Shown: piece after piece, positions 44,687 through 55,321 of the stretch
How the letters are laid out: each line of letters starts with the position of its first letter
Numbering within the stretch: the stretch's first letter is position 1
Assembly (NCBI GenBank): GCA_028691985.1
Contig: JAQUYG010000004.1
Location: 1-59,787, forward strand
DNA: 59,787 nt
Direction: 5' to 3'
Source of the DNA: Minisyncoccota bacterium
GTDB lineage: Bacteria > Patescibacteriota > Minisyncoccia > JAHIHE01 > JAGLIN01
Notes under the pieces: generated by a model
The model's input: only the letters and a program-made list of their open reading frames with translations
What the model was told of the DNA's origin: nothing
Databases searched by the model: none
Made by a program: the position numbers and the translations under genes

Positions 44687-46315
44687 CTATATAGAATCCA
44701 ATAAATCAGAATAGTCGAGCCTAGCACTTCCAGGAAGCGTAGGGTCATAACCATTCTCAACCTCTTCCCCGTCCTTATAGCCATCACCGTCAGTATCAAC
44801 ATTATTTATATCACTGCCAAAATAGAGTTCCGCCGCATCTACCAATCCATCACCGTCAGTATCAGTAGAATCTTCTTCAGCCGCCTGATCATTAATCACA
44901 GCTCCCAATAAACCCTCCACTGCCTTCTTAAAATCTTTCGATTCTTCCGGGGCTGTGATTTTGGCAGATCCAAAATCGGAAAAAGTATAATCGACATCAA
45001 AAACTATATTCAAATCCATATCAATATCTTCTTCTGAGCTAGCAATATTCTTATTGTCATAAACTTCAGTATATTTTTTTACCAAGTCTTTGACAAATTC
45101 CTCGTCAAAGCTGCCATTCATCCTGAATCTATGAACATACCTGTCATCCTTACCGATCCATATCTCCATATTAACCTCATTCATCACAAAATCCACAATT
45201 TCCTTGAAACGATTCACATCCTCAGTTTTTTCCTTAAGGTCATCAAGAAAATCTTGTACATCCGCTTCCGATCCGTTTTGTCTAATCCCTTCCTCGACAA
45301 GACCAACAACCATTTCAAAGGCTTCTTTGGTATCAACCTTTACCTCATAATGATAAGTATCAATGCCTTTAACTTTTTCTTCTCCCAAATCTTCGGAAAA
45401 ATCAACTAAACTATAGCTATTGAATATTTCCTCGATTTTATCAAGGCTTTCTTGGGAACTCTTAAATGAAGACTCTGTCAGGTCAGTTCCTTCAACTCCA
45501 TTATAAAAAGCAATAAGATCTTCAACTGTTATAAAATACCAGCTGCCTCTCATTATTTCCACAAGGCTATCAAAGGCTTCCATTTCCTCAGAAGTCTCAC
45601 CAGTGCCATCCCCAATCTGTAGGGCATTAAGTTTTAGATAGATAACATCGCCTATAGAAGATAATTCCAAATCAAAATTAGCAAAGGCATCCTTCAGGTC
45701 CAATTCCTCATTACTTATTTGCAAATCGGTATCCACCAAAAGATAGTAGCTGGGATTATTAGGATCAGAAACATCAACAACCCCATTATTTGCAAAAGTA
45801 TAATTAGAAGATACACCTGATTTCTCAGCGGCGTATAAAGAGTCCTCTTTCAAGTCGAGACCAAAAGATATCTTGCCATCAAAAGAATAAGACTCTGCCC
45901 CTTTCATCTTTTCCAAAGAATCTTTGACCAGAGCTTCCTTATTAACAGAAGACCCTGTCCCCTCTTTCTCTTCATCGCGATTTGCAATATAATAAGCCCC
46001 GACCGAAATAACCAGCAGAAGAATAACTACAAACGCCGCAAATATCATCGCTTTTTTACTACTCTTTCTGGCGACAAAAAGATCATCCGAACTGCCAAAG
46101 CGAGAAGTTTTCTCTTTGTTCTCAAAGTCTTCCGACAAACCGGTTCCTTTTTCCGAATCTTCAACAAAATCTTCGTATTTTTCCGACGACGAAAGTTCAC
46201 CCGCAGATGCAGCCTGTCCTTCTGCACTACTCGCATCAAATTGTTGACCAAAATCTACCCTGTCCATATTTACCGAGTCATCGGCGACATTTTTTTTCTC
46301 TTCTTCGTTCTCCAT
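44687..46315 (-). CDS. Hypothetical membrane-anchored protein with C-terminal thrombospondin type-3-like Ca-binding repeats
   Basis: 542-aa ORF: acidic N-terminus, TM segment AMIFAAFVVILLLVISVGAYYIA, and C-terminal DTDGDGLVD ... DTDGDGYKDGEE. Confidence 0.6.
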   Translation of the reverse strand: MENEEEKKNVADDSVNMDRVDFGQQFDASSAEGQAASAGELSSSEKYEDFVEDSEKGTGLSEDFENKEKTSRFGSSDDLFVARKSSKKAMIFAAFVVILLLVISVGAYYIANRDEEKEGTGSSVNKEALVKDSLEKMKGAESYSFDGKISFGLDLKEDSLYAAEKSGVSSNYTFANNGVVDVSDPNNPSYYLLVDTDLQISNEELDLKDAFANFDLELSSIGDVIYLKLNALQIGDGTGETSEEMEAFDSLVEIMRGSWYFITVEDLIAFYNGVEGTDLTESSFKSSQESLDKIEEIFNSYSLVDFSEDLGEEKVKGIDTYHYEVKVDTKEAFEMVVGLVEEGIRQNGSEADVQDFLDDLKEKTEDVNRFKEIVDFVMNEVNMEIWIGKDDRYVHRFRMNGSFDEEFVKDLVKKYTEVYDNKNIASSEEDIDMDLNIVFDVDYTFSDFGSAKITAPEESKDFKKAVEGLLGAVINDQAAEEDSTDTDGDGLVDAAELYFGSDINNVDTDGDGYKDGEEVENGYDPTLPGSARLDYSDLLDSI

Positions 46316-46336
46316 ATTATTTTTTAATTATAAATT

Positions 46337-46846
46337 TTACTTCTCCTTGAGAAGAAATATCGCCAAAAGAGGAGATATTAGCCAGAAAAGCCGGGCCTTT
46401 TCCTCCACGAAAGACGACCGTAGGAATATAGAAAGATTATTGATTTCATTGACAGAAAGAAATGATAGTACCATGCTCACAAAAAGACCTATGCCCAAGA
46501 AACTTATTACCAAAGACTGAAACCAGCTTCCTGCTTGGCCACGATTAAATACAGAAGTAAAAGGCGATCTGGACAAAAAGAAGAAGGAAATAAAAACCGC
46601 TACTAAAAAAAACATCGCCATACCAGAAAAAGAACCACTGATACCCAACCCAGATATATTTTCAAAAAGTTCGACACGATCGGCGAGTGCAAGAGAGATA
46701 TATACCCCTAAAAGAGCAATAAAAGAACGGTCTCGCCCGAATCGCAATACACAAAAACCCGTGCCAATAATAAAAAACACAAAAACAAAGAGATCCCAAC
46801 CGGAAGCCGTAAAATTCAAACTTCCAACGAAATTTTGAATATCCAT
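46337..46846 (-). CDS. Multi-pass membrane protein (possibly CvpA-like)
   Basis: 169-aa ORF with four hydrophobic segments. The family assignment is tentative. Confidence 0.5.
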   Translation of the reverse strand: MDIQNFVGSLNFTASGWDLFVFVFFIIGTGFCVLRFGRDRSFIALLGVYISLALADRVELFENISGLGISGSFSGMAMFFLVAVFISFFFLSRSPFTSVFNRGQAGSWFQSLVISFLGIGLFVSMVLSFLSVNEINNLSIFLRSSFVEEKARLFWLISPLLAIFLLKEK

Positions 46847-46890
46847 TTTTGTTTTTTTATTTTTATATATTATAACACAAATTTTTTTTT

Positions 46891-47991
46891 CTACAAACCT
46901 TCTTTTTGGAGATCCTCCAAAAGACTTTTTTGTTTCCGGGAAAGTTTATCCGGAGTCTTTATTTGTACGACAACATACATATCCCCCTCTCCTCTTCCTT
47001 GAAGGTGCACGAAACCGCCGCTTTTGATTTTTATAATTTTACCGGATTGTATGCCGGAAGGAATCTTGAGTTTTATTTTTTTCTTAAGTGTCGGGATAGT
47101 GACACTATCTCCCAAAGCTGCCTGTGTAAAATTTATATCAAGCTTATAGACAAGATCATCGCCCCGTCTCTCGAAAAGTGGATGCTTTCTTATATGTGCC
47201 GTAATATAAAGATCTCCCGCCACAGATTTGCCGCTTCCAGGACGCAATCCCGCCTCCCCCTGTTCAGAAACCCTAATCGTCTGACCATCAGCGATTCCTG
47301 CCGGAATTTTGACCTTAATAGTTCTTTCTTCTTTGATTCTGCCATCCCCGCCACACTTAGAGCACCTTTTCTCCGGTTTTTCCCCCGCGCCTTGGCAATC
47401 AGGGCAAATTTCGTTTTGCATAAAAGCACCGAGCATAGTCCGTCTTTGCTTTTGAATATACCCCGAACCGCCACAAGTCTTACATTTTTCCATCTTACTA
47501 CCTGCCTCAGCCCCCGTCCCGCCACATTTAGAGCAAGATACTGCAGAATACAATCTTATATCCTTTTCAACCCCATCCAAGACATCCTCCAGCTCAAGTT
47601 CAATATCGATAGAAATGTCCTGTCCTTTCTCTTGCCGTGCGCGCTGACTTTTTCCACCACCAAAAATATCGCCAAAAATATCGCCTAAATCACCTTCGAA
47701 GTTGAAACCATTCGCGCCACCGCCAAAACCGGAAAAATCGAACCCGCCGAATCCTCCTGCGCCTTGCCCTGCGCCCGCGCCATCAAAAGTCGAACCGAAC
47801 CGATCGTATTGTGCGCGCTTCTGCTTGTCCGAAAGCACCTGATAAGCCTCGTTAATCTCTTTAAATTTCGCCTCATCTCCTCCCTGCTTGTCAGGATGGT
47901 ACTGATGCGCCAGCTTGCGATAAGCCTTCTTAATTTCCTCATCATTAGCGCCTTTTTCCACGCCCAAAATTTCATAATAATTCTTTGCCAT
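46891..47991 (-). CDS. dnaJ: Chaperone DnaJ
   Basis: 366-aa ORF: J domain with HPD (AHQYHPDKQ), a G/F region, and four CxxCxGxG zinc motifs. Confidence 0.95.
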   Translation of the reverse strand: MAKNYYEILGVEKGANDEEIKKAYRKLAHQYHPDKQGGDEAKFKEINEAYQVLSDKQKRAQYDRFGSTFDGAGAGQGAGGFGGFDFSGFGGGANGFNFEGDLGDIFGDIFGGGKSQRARQEKGQDISIDIELELEDVLDGVEKDIRLYSAVSCSKCGGTGAEAGSKMEKCKTCGGSGYIQKQRRTMLGAFMQNEICPDCQGAGEKPEKRCSKCGGDGRIKEERTIKVKIPAGIADGQTIRVSEQGEAGLRPGSGKSVAGDLYITAHIRKHPLFERRGDDLVYKLDINFTQAALGDSVTIPTLKKKIKLKIPSGIQSGKIIKIKSGGFVHLQGRGEGDMYVVVQIKTPDKLSRKQKSLLEDLQKEGL

Positions 47992-48107
47992 GTCTGATAT
48001 ATCAAAATAATTTAATTGCTAGAAACTATTAACGATTTTAGCACCTTTAAAAGGTTTTATCAACTGCACTTTCTTGACGAATATTAAAAAACGATTATCC
48101 TGCCGGC

Positions 48108-48455
48108 ATGACAACAAAAAGACAAGGAAAAAACACCAGAAAAGCAAACGGGCGAGAATTTTTACTTATAAAAATTATAGAAGAAACAGAAGAGGAAAAA
48201 TGTTTTCAGCCAGAAAAAGTCAAAATAGATCCCGAGCTTCTACAAAGGCTTGAAGTAATCCAAGAAAAACGATTGATTCTTTTATACGAAGATGCTCAAA
48301 AAAGAAATAAAAAGGCAAAAGTCACTAAAGTGAGTTTGTTTAGGGGGAGTACGATACATATAAAGCTTATCTCTAATTATAGATATACTCACAGAGCTAT
48401 AGTTCATAAATCAGAGATATGGTTTAAAGAACTGACAATACCAATAAACTATTAG
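48108..48455 (+). CDS. Hypothetical protein (115 aa)
   Basis: ORF only. No family recognised. Confidence 0.4.
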   Translation: MTTKRQGKNTRKANGREFLLIKIIEETEEEKCFQPEKVKIDPELLQRLEVIQEKRLILLYEDAQKRNKKAKVTKVSLFRGSTIHIKLISNYRYTHRAIVHKSEIWFKELTIPINY

Positions 48456-48680
48456 TTATTTTTTTATTGACATAATAAAAAATAAGAATTATTCTTAATC
48501 AAACTGAGAAATTCTCGGCTGTGTGAAATGAAAAAAGAAAAAGAAAAACAGGTAAAAAATCTGCGGAGGTGATGAAATCCATAGCAAAACCGATAATATA
48601 ACATGGGCAGGAATCGCAGTTCTTGCTTTGTTAATAATTCTGATGGGAGCAACTTCTCCTTAAAAAAGATAACAATATAT

Positions 48681-48705
48681 ACCCTAAACAGGGTTCTATT
48701 TTTTT
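48681..48705. terminator. Hairpin terminator between the convergent units (uvrB side and plus-strand side)
   Basis: ACCCT-AAAC-AGGGT followed by TCTATTTTTTT on the plus strand. The T-rich sequence on the minus strand is further away. Confidence 0.5.
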
Positions 48706-48781
48706 ATAAATCTTCTGCCACTTCTTTTACCCAAAAAGAACTGTCCTTACAGAATCAGAAAAGCAGTCCTTTGCTATATAA

Positions 48782-50740
48782 TTATTTTTTTATAAGCCTC
48801 TTTAGTTGCGTCACCTCATCCCGCAACAACGCTGCTTCTTCAAATTTCAGCTCGCGGGCAAAAATCTTCATTTCCTGCTCTTTTTCTTTGATAATTTTCG
48901 GAATATCCTCAATGTCTTGCGCAATCAGATATTCCTCTGCCAATTGCGGCGAAAGCTCGTGATCGACAATGCTGCTGATTTTTTTCTGAATAGTAGTCGG
49001 TGTGATATGATGCTTTTTATTATATGTCCCTTGAAGCTCTCTCCTGCGATTCGTTTCCGAAATTGCCCTCTGCATTGAGCCGGTCATATTATCGGCATAA
49101 AGTATTACCTTTCCAAAAACATTTCGCGCGGCACGACCCATTGTTTGGATGAGCGAAGTCTCGCTGCGCAAAAAACCCTCCTTGTCCGCGTCCAAGATTC
49201 CCACCAAAGTCACCTCCGGCAAGTCCAAGCCTTCACGAAGAAGATTAACTCCGACGAGACAATCAATCTTACCCTGACGCAATTCTTTCAAGATCTGAAT
49301 GCGATCCAGCGTGTCCACATCACTATGTAAATATTTCGACTTGATGCCCATATCCCGCAAATAATCATCCAAATCTTCCGCCATTTTCTTCGTAAGCGTC
49401 GTAACTAAAGTTCTTTCTTTTTTCTGCTCGCGGATTTTTATCTCATTTGCCAAATCCTCCACCTGATTTTCCAACGGCCTGACTTCGATTTCCGGATCCA
49501 AAAGTCCCGTCGGTCGCACGATTTGTTCAACAATCCGCGCAGAAATATCTTTCTCGTAATCAGCCGGAGTCGCTGAAACATAAATCACCTGATTTATCTT
49601 TTCAGAAAACTCGTCGAACTTGAGTGGCCGATTATCCATCGCCGAAGGCAAACGAAAACCATATTCCACCAAATTACTTTTGCGAGAGCGGTCGCCCGCA
49701 TACATCGCACGAATCTGTGGCACCGTCACATGGGATTCATCGATAAACATCAGAAAATCTTTCGGAAAATAATCAATCAGCGTATATGGCGCCTCCCCCG
49801 CCTTGCGACCGGTGAGATAGCGCGAGTAATTTTCAATACCGTTGCAATATCCGATTTCACGAATCATCTCTAAGTCATATTTTGTCCGCCGTTCCAATCT
49901 CTCCGCTTCCAAAAGCTTTCCTTCTTCATTCAAAACTCTCAGCCTGTTTTTCAGTTCCTTTTCAATTTTCACGAGTGCGTTTTCCAAGCTCCCGTCCTCC
50001 ACCACGAAATGTTTGGCGGGAAAAATCATCAGGTCTTTGTGTTCCGCCACTTTTTTTCGACTTACTTCCTCAAACTCAACAATCTTACCGATTCTATCAT
50101 TCTCAATTTCGATGCGATATATCGAATCCATTCCCGGCGGAATGATTTCCAACACATCCCCCACTGCACGGAATTTCCCCTGAGAGAGGACCTCGCTTCG
50201 AGCATAATACATTCCGACAAAATGTTTGATAAGCTCATCACGATTAGTAGGATTACCCACCTTCAAAAACGCCACTTCTTTACGATAGGCTTCCGGCGAT
50301 CCCAAACCATAGATGCAAGAAACCGAAGAAACGATAATCACATCCTGCCGACTCATCAATTCTGCCGTCGCCCGATGACGCAACTTCTCAATTTCTGCAT
50401 TAACCTGGGTTTCCTTCTCGATATAAGTATCAGTCGTCGCCAAATATGCCTCCGGCTGATAGTAGTCGTAATAGGAAACAAAATATTCCACCGCACTATC
50501 TGGGAAAAACTCGCGAAACTCACTCACCAGCTGCGCCGCCAGCGTCTTATTGTGAGCAATCACCAGCGTCGGCTTCTGCACCTTCTCTATCACACCCGCC
50601 ATTGTAAAGGTCTTCCCTGACCCGGTAACGCCCAAAAGCGCCTGGTGCCTCTCCCCCTTCCTAATCCCCTCACAAAGTCCCTCAATCGCCTGTGGCTGAT
50701 CCCCCGCCGGCTTAAATTTTGATTTTATTTTAAATTTCAT
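48782..50740 (-). CDS. uvrB: Excinuclease ABC subunit B
   Basis: 652-aa ORF: GVTGSGKT, helicase motifs, and the C-terminal UVR domain ([14 protein letters not shown]). Confidence 0.95.
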   Translation of the reverse strand: MKFKIKSKFKPAGDQPQAIEGLCEGIRKGERHQALLGVTGSGKTFTMAGVIEKVQKPTLVIAHNKTLAAQLVSEFREFFPDSAVEYFVSYYDYYQPEAYLATTDTYIEKETQVNAEIEKLRHRATAELMSRQDVIIVSSVSCIYGLGSPEAYRKEVAFLKVGNPTNRDELIKHFVGMYYARSEVLSQGKFRAVGDVLEIIPPGMDSIYRIEIENDRIGKIVEFEEVSRKKVAEHKDLMIFPAKHFVVEDGSLENALVKIEKELKNRLRVLNEEGKLLEAERLERRTKYDLEMIREIGYCNGIENYSRYLTGRKAGEAPYTLIDYFPKDFLMFIDESHVTVPQIRAMYAGDRSRKSNLVEYGFRLPSAMDNRPLKFDEFSEKINQVIYVSATPADYEKDISARIVEQIVRPTGLLDPEIEVRPLENQVEDLANEIKIREQKKERTLVTTLTKKMAEDLDDYLRDMGIKSKYLHSDVDTLDRIQILKELRQGKIDCLVGVNLLREGLDLPEVTLVGILDADKEGFLRSETSLIQTMGRAARNVFGKVILYADNMTGSMQRAISETNRRRELQGTYNKKHHITPTTIQKKISSIVDHELSPQLAEEYLIAQDIEDIPKIIKEKEQEMKIFARELKFEEAALLRDEVTQLKRLIKK

Positions 50741-50851
50741 TCTATGCGGCTTAACTTAATATTTAAATTATCTCACTTTCAAAACAAAAGGCAATAAAAA
50801 AAGAAGATTATACGATTTATTATTTAAACCATCATATCTCCTTAAAAAAAA

Positions 50852-51904
50852 TTAAGTCTCTTTCGTCAATATTTCAGGGATAACGCCTATAAGACATCTT
50901 ATTCCAGCCTTAGCAAGTAGAGGAAAATATTTTATAGGAGTTTCCGTTCTAAAAACTTTTTCCTCTCCCACTATGCTAGAAACCATTTTATAAACAATAT
51001 CGTCTCCGCCCGTCATTAATATCTTACCATCAAAAAATTGAATCATATTTAACGCATATGGGACAGAGATATCGTCCAGACAATGCAAGGTAATATCCAA
51101 ATCGCCACACATTTCTTTTATTTTGGCCAAAGACCTTTCAGGATCAACAATTAAAAGATCCTTTTTCTTTTTTTCACCAATAAACTCTCCTGAGAGAATA
51201 TTTTTTTCTATTAACAGGTGTGGTTTATCGTCTTTTCCTAAAATGAGGCAAGCCACCCTGTCTAAGTGATCATTGGTACTCATTTTTCCACAATCATCGC
51301 CCTGAAAAGACAACATGCCAACAAGAGGCATTGGAAAAAGACCAACTTTTATTCCTAACTGTTCTATACCGTTTAATACAGGCGGAGAACTTTTACCGTT
51401 TGACACAATAATATTTTCAGCGACAATCATTTTATTTGTAACACAAAGAACTCTACCCCCTTCTCCATAAGGTGAACTTCTTATTTTAATTCCTCCTTTT
51501 TCTCTCGAACCTACTTTTCCTAGTTTAGAATTTAAAAAGACTACACCAGAAAAACAGGTTACAAGATCTCTAGGATAGGAAGAAAGCGTAGGTGGCCACT
51601 TCTCAGGGAATCCAAACAAATTCAGACCAGAATTCAAAATATATTGCATTACTTTCGAATCAAAATCCTCTTCATGGGCATATGCTACCCTGAATACTAT
51701 TTTCATTTCTTTTAATGCACAAACGATAGAAAAATATTCTTCCCTAAGTTTATTGGTTAAATCCTCTTCCGTAAGCCCTTTTTTAAGTAAATTCTGAAAT
51801 AATTCTATCTGATTAGCAGGAACGATAACATCTTTCCCGAAAGTCTCTCTTAGAAGCTTTCCAAAAACAGGCCCTCCTAAGACATAAAGCCCATCACAAA
51901 CCAT
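50852..51904 (-). CDS. Hypothetical protein, tentatively pentein/amidinotransferase-fold (arginine deiminase/DDAH-like)
   Basis: 350-aa ORF with the ordered motifs YPRD, SPYGEGG, NDHLDR, LMTGGDD and a near-C-terminal AGIRCL (a GGxxxC-like catalytic-Cys position). GC is lower than in the flanking core genes. Confidence 0.35.
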   Translation of the reverse strand: MVCDGLYVLGGPVFGKLLRETFGKDVIVPANQIELFQNLLKKGLTEEDLTNKLREEYFSIVCALKEMKIVFRVAYAHEEDFDSKVMQYILNSGLNLFGFPEKWPPTLSSYPRDLVTCFSGVVFLNSKLGKVGSREKGGIKIRSSPYGEGGRVLCVTNKMIVAENIIVSNGKSSPPVLNGIEQLGIKVGLFPMPLVGMLSFQGDDCGKMSTNDHLDRVACLILGKDDKPHLLIEKNILSGEFIGEKKKKDLLIVDPERSLAKIKEMCGDLDITLHCLDDISVPYALNMIQFFDGKILMTGGDDIVYKMVSSIVGEEKVFRTETPIKYFPLLAKAGIRCLIGVIPEILTKET

Positions 51905-52078
51905 AAAATCACCTCGTATTTTTTTCTAAAGAACTTTTTATTTCTGCCTAAAAACTAACAGAGCTAAGCCATAATGTCAAATATATACCAATAGGCAGAA
52001 TAAGACTAAAATCAAATCCGTTTTTAATTTTTATATAAAAAAATAAGAATAATTATGATAAATTATCCCGTTTTCATG

Positions 52079-52693
52079 TTAATTATACCAGCCTTTCCCC
52101 CCTTTTTTTATATCGGTTTCCTTCCTTTCTCCAGAAATACCGTCAATCTCGATAACCAAAATCGCCTTATGGGTATCTTTGTTAAGAATGACATAAAGCA
52201 GTATAATCTTTTCAATGCCTGGATATTTCTCCTTAATAATATTTCCTGCTTTTATTAGGCTATTAATATGGGCAGCTTTTTCTTCTTCAGCATTTACAAA
52301 TTTCTTCCAAAAGCCACAGAAGTTATGGTTGGCAATGACGCATACTTTAGCACCATGGTGATAGTACGCTCCGAAATCAATCCACAACGACCATATTTTA
52401 CATAAAATTTTACAATATTCAATGAAAATATGTATTATATTTACTATCGAGAAGTCGTCCCATATTGAACAAGAAATGGTTTTTGACCCGCCAGCCGTAG
52501 TTAAAATATCCATTTCAGTATAGAAATATATCCTTTTTAAATATTTTCTAACGAAAGACGCGAGCCGATAATCCCCACAAGCTATTAATATAACCTGGGA
52601 AGTAAAATCTGGTTTCAAAAAACCATTCTCATTTTTTTCAGTATTTCCATAAAGTACCGATAAAAATTTAAGGACAAAAAAACGACGGACCAA
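52079..52693 (-). CDS. Hypothetical protein with beta-carbonic-anhydrase-like CxDxR and HxxC motifs
   Basis: ILIACGDYRL (CxDxR) ... TTAGGS ... IANHNFCG (HxxCG), in the order typical of the beta-CA fold. The start is uncertain (TTG at 52693). Confidence 0.35.
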   Translation of the reverse strand: MVRRFFVLKFLSVLYGNTEKNENGFLKPDFTSQVILIACGDYRLASFVRKYLKRIYFYTEMDILTTAGGSKTISCSIWDDFSIVNIIHIFIEYCKILCKIWSLWIDFGAYYHHGAKVCVIANHNFCGFWKKFVNAEEEKAAHINSLIKAGNIIKEKYPGIEKIILLYVILNKDTHKAILVIEIDGISGERKETDIKKGGKGWYN

Positions 52694-52756
52694 ATCCTTT
52701 TTTGTTTATAAAACCCCTCCTTCTTTTTTTTCTTTAACTATCTTTTTAACAAATAA

Positions 52757-52784
52757 ATTATAATCAAAAATCAACAGAAGTCAA
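52757..52784 (-). promoter_or_regulatory. Promoter for the beta-CA-like / pentein-like gene pair
   Basis: On the minus strand: TTGACT (52784-52779), 16 nt, TATAAT (52762-52757). Confidence 0.55.
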
Positions 52785-52895
52785 CGGCCGATTAATTTTA
52801 TTTCAAAAAAAGTCGCCTCAATATCCAATTTTATACTTTTCCCTGAACAGCTCGACAGACTACATCTCCATAAAAGTCATATTTTAGTATTTTTT

Positions 52896-53213
52896 TCATT
52901 TCCCCTTCCTCTTCAAGAAATTCTTCCTTTTTTCGCTCCCGATAAAAGGCTCGAGGAGATAATAGATATCGTAAAGAGATACAATAATTGAAAGTCCCAA
53001 TCCTAAAATCACAAAAATATATTTCGTTCCAAAGACTTGATCAAGATATATCCCCGACAAAACAAAAGTTGCGGCAATGATTGCTACAGAAATGCCGAGT
53101 TTAGAAACCAACTCCAGTGCCATAAAAACCTCACGATTGGTGCGCCGCGTTTTTTCCTGCTGAGTTTCCACCGTTTTTATTTCTTTTGGATTATTATTCT
53201 CTATATTTTTCAT
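52896..53213 (-). CDS. Small two-TM membrane protein
   Basis: 105-aa ORF with two hydrophobic helices after a basic N-terminus. Confidence 0.5.
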   Translation of the reverse strand: MKNIENNNPKEIKTVETQQEKTRRTNREVFMALELVSKLGISVAIIAATFVLSGIYLDQVFGTKYIFVILGLGLSIIVSLYDIYYLLEPFIGSEKRKNFLKRKGK

Positions 53214-53241
53214 AATTATCTCTGAATTTGTTAAATAAACA

Positions 53242-53350
53242 GGCGGAGTAGCAGACTTCAGTCTGCACGGCTACCCCACGCAAAATAACAAATGTATATA
53301 TCGCATTTATCAAATCGTAACGACATCGCGGACTAAGACCCGTTACTTCA
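53242..53350. repeat. REPIN-like doublet, copy d (right arm degenerate)
   Basis: GGCGGAGTAGCAGACTTCAGTCTGCACGG ... CATCGCGGACTAAGACCCGTTACTTCA. Confidence 0.65.
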
Positions 53351-53373
53351 TAAAAATCATTATCATATTTCCC

Positions 53374-54654
53374 TTAAACCGCCCCAGCTGCAACATTTTC
53401 CCCTGCACTCTTTCCTGCCAGATGCCCCGTACTCCACGCCTCCTGCAGATTATATCCTCCAGTCGGCGCATCCAAATCCAACACCTCACCCGCGAAATAT
53501 AAATTATCAACAACCTTCGACCGCATCGTTTTCGGATCGACTTCGCGGAGACTCACGCCGCCGGAAGTTATAACCGCCTTATCAAAACCCAAAAGTTTCG
53601 CCACTTCCAAATCCATTTCCTTCAAAAGATGAACCAGCTTTTTTCGCTCTTCCCTCGTCACCAAGTTTATCTTCTTTTGCGGATCAATCCCCGACAGACT
53701 TATAACCACCGGAATCATTTTTTGCGGCAAAAGCTCATCCAGTGAATTTTTAAATATCTTATTCTGATTTTCTCCGAAGTCCCTTTGAATCCTCAAATCA
53801 AGCTCGGCGAACTCCAGCGCCGGCTTAAAATCGATAATGATCTTAACGCTGCCAGATTCCAAAAGTTCCCCGATTTTCTTGCTCATATCCAAAACTACCG
53901 GACCGCTTATGCCCCGCTCAGTAAAAATCGCCTCGCCAAATCTCTCATCCTGTTTTTTAGCATCTTGATACACTCCGACTTTAACATTTTTAAGGCTCAA
54001 ACCCTCCAATTCCTCTACCCATCTTTCCTTAAGAAGCACAGCCGTAAGCGCCGGTTTCGGCGAAATGACTCTGTGCCCCAACTTTTCTGCCCACAAAAAT
54101 CCATCCCCTGACGAACCGGAAGAAGGATATGAAAGACCACCAGTCGCAATAACTATATTTTTAAATCCTATCTCATTTATATCTACACTTTCAATCCTAG
54201 CTTTCACAATTTTACTATCTCGCGCAACTAAATCCAAGACTTTTGCGCCTCTCAAAACTAAGATTTTATTTCTCCTAAGTTCATCCATAAGCACACCCCG
54301 CACATCTTCTGCCTTGTCACTCATAGGAAATATGCGATTTCCCCTCTCAACCTTAGTTGTAAGTCCGCGCTCCGTGAAAAACCGCACAGTCTCCTCTGGA
54401 CCAAAATCATTAAAAGCGGAATATAAAAACTTCCCGTTCCTGCCAAACACTTCCAAGAATTTTCTTTTATCAGTTTCAGCATTGGTTATATTACACCGCC
54501 CCTTTCCGGTCATCATCAGCTTGATTCCCAACTCCGCATTCTTTTCCAAAAGCACCACTTTTGCCCCACTCTCGCTCGCCGAAATCGCCGCCATCATTCC
54601 TGCCGCACCGCCGCCAATCACCAAAACATCGCATTTTAAACTATTTTTCTGCAT
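53374..54654 (-). CDS. HI0933/BaiN-family FAD-dependent oxidoreductase
   Basis: 426-aa ORF: DVLVIGGGAAGMMAA, TGKGRCNITN, and C-terminal YFAGEVLDLDAPTGGYNLQ. Confidence 0.82.
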   Translation of the reverse strand: MQKNSLKCDVLVIGGGAAGMMAAISASESGAKVVLLEKNAELGIKLMMTGKGRCNITNAETDKRKFLEVFGRNGKFLYSAFNDFGPEETVRFFTERGLTTKVERGNRIFPMSDKAEDVRGVLMDELRRNKILVLRGAKVLDLVARDSKIVKARIESVDINEIGFKNIVIATGGLSYPSSGSSGDGFLWAEKLGHRVISPKPALTAVLLKERWVEELEGLSLKNVKVGVYQDAKKQDERFGEAIFTERGISGPVVLDMSKKIGELLESGSVKIIIDFKPALEFAELDLRIQRDFGENQNKIFKNSLDELLPQKMIPVVISLSGIDPQKKINLVTREERKKLVHLLKEMDLEVAKLLGFDKAVITSGGVSLREVDPKTMRSKVVDNLYFAGEVLDLDAPTGGYNLQEAWSTGHLAGKSAGENVAAGAV

Positions 54655-54693
54655 TTCATTCTCAAATATATTATGCGATAAGTATAACCGTTT

Positions 54694-55224
54694 TTGTCAA
54701 ACCTGCAAATAAATTATTTGACAATTATTGCGGAAATACTAGGATTGTATCTATGCATATATCAAAAGAGAATAAAGGCGGTGAAAGAATTTATAACCAA
54801 AATCTTGAATCTGGATGAATTTAAAACAAAATATTTAGAGCTTCTAAAAGAAGAAAGAAGCTCAACCAACGAAGCGACTCAGACTGAGATTAAAAAACAA
54901 AGAATAGGACTAATCGAAAGCATCTCCATATAGGATGCGGATAGAATCAAAAAACTCCTTTTCGTTTTATACCATTCCATCAAACCCGATGTACTTAATG
55001 CAATAATAGATAAGTTATTCTTCTTAGATATAGAAGAATTCAGACGGATATATGACCTATTATCGCTGAAAAGAACAGAATCGGGCAAAAAAAGATGGCT
55101 CAAGGAAGCTAAAATAAGGGCCATAAAAAAAGCTGTGAAAAACAGCTTAGAAAAAAACAGAATAATAACTATCATAAAAAACGACAAAGACTTCGAAGAG
55201 ATAAAAAAAGAAATCAAATTATAA
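54694..55224 (+). pseudogene. K/E-rich ORF interrupted by one in-frame TAG (54931-54933)
   Basis: The 79-codon ORF ends ...LIESISI-TAG. The same frame then stays open for 96 further codons (DADRIKKLLF...EIKKEIKL) with no ATG, GTG or TTG near its beginning. Confidence 0.35.
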
Positions 55225-55321
55225 CTCATTAAAAAATGTTTAAAAAAACCGTTTTATTTTTTTGTCATAAAATAAAAAACGCACCTGCGATTTCCCGCTG
55301 GCACATTTCATATATAAAGCT

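Noticed and set aside
48467-48705. TTGACA-17-TATTCT followed by ~200 nt without a convincing ORF, then a hairpin terminator (a candidate sRNA)
   Set aside because: Promoter-like hexamers arise easily in this AT-rich spacer. The region may simply be the 3' UTR of the 115-aa gene and the uvrB terminator. A hydrophobic reading frame (WAGIAVLALLIILMGATSP) has no usable start codon.
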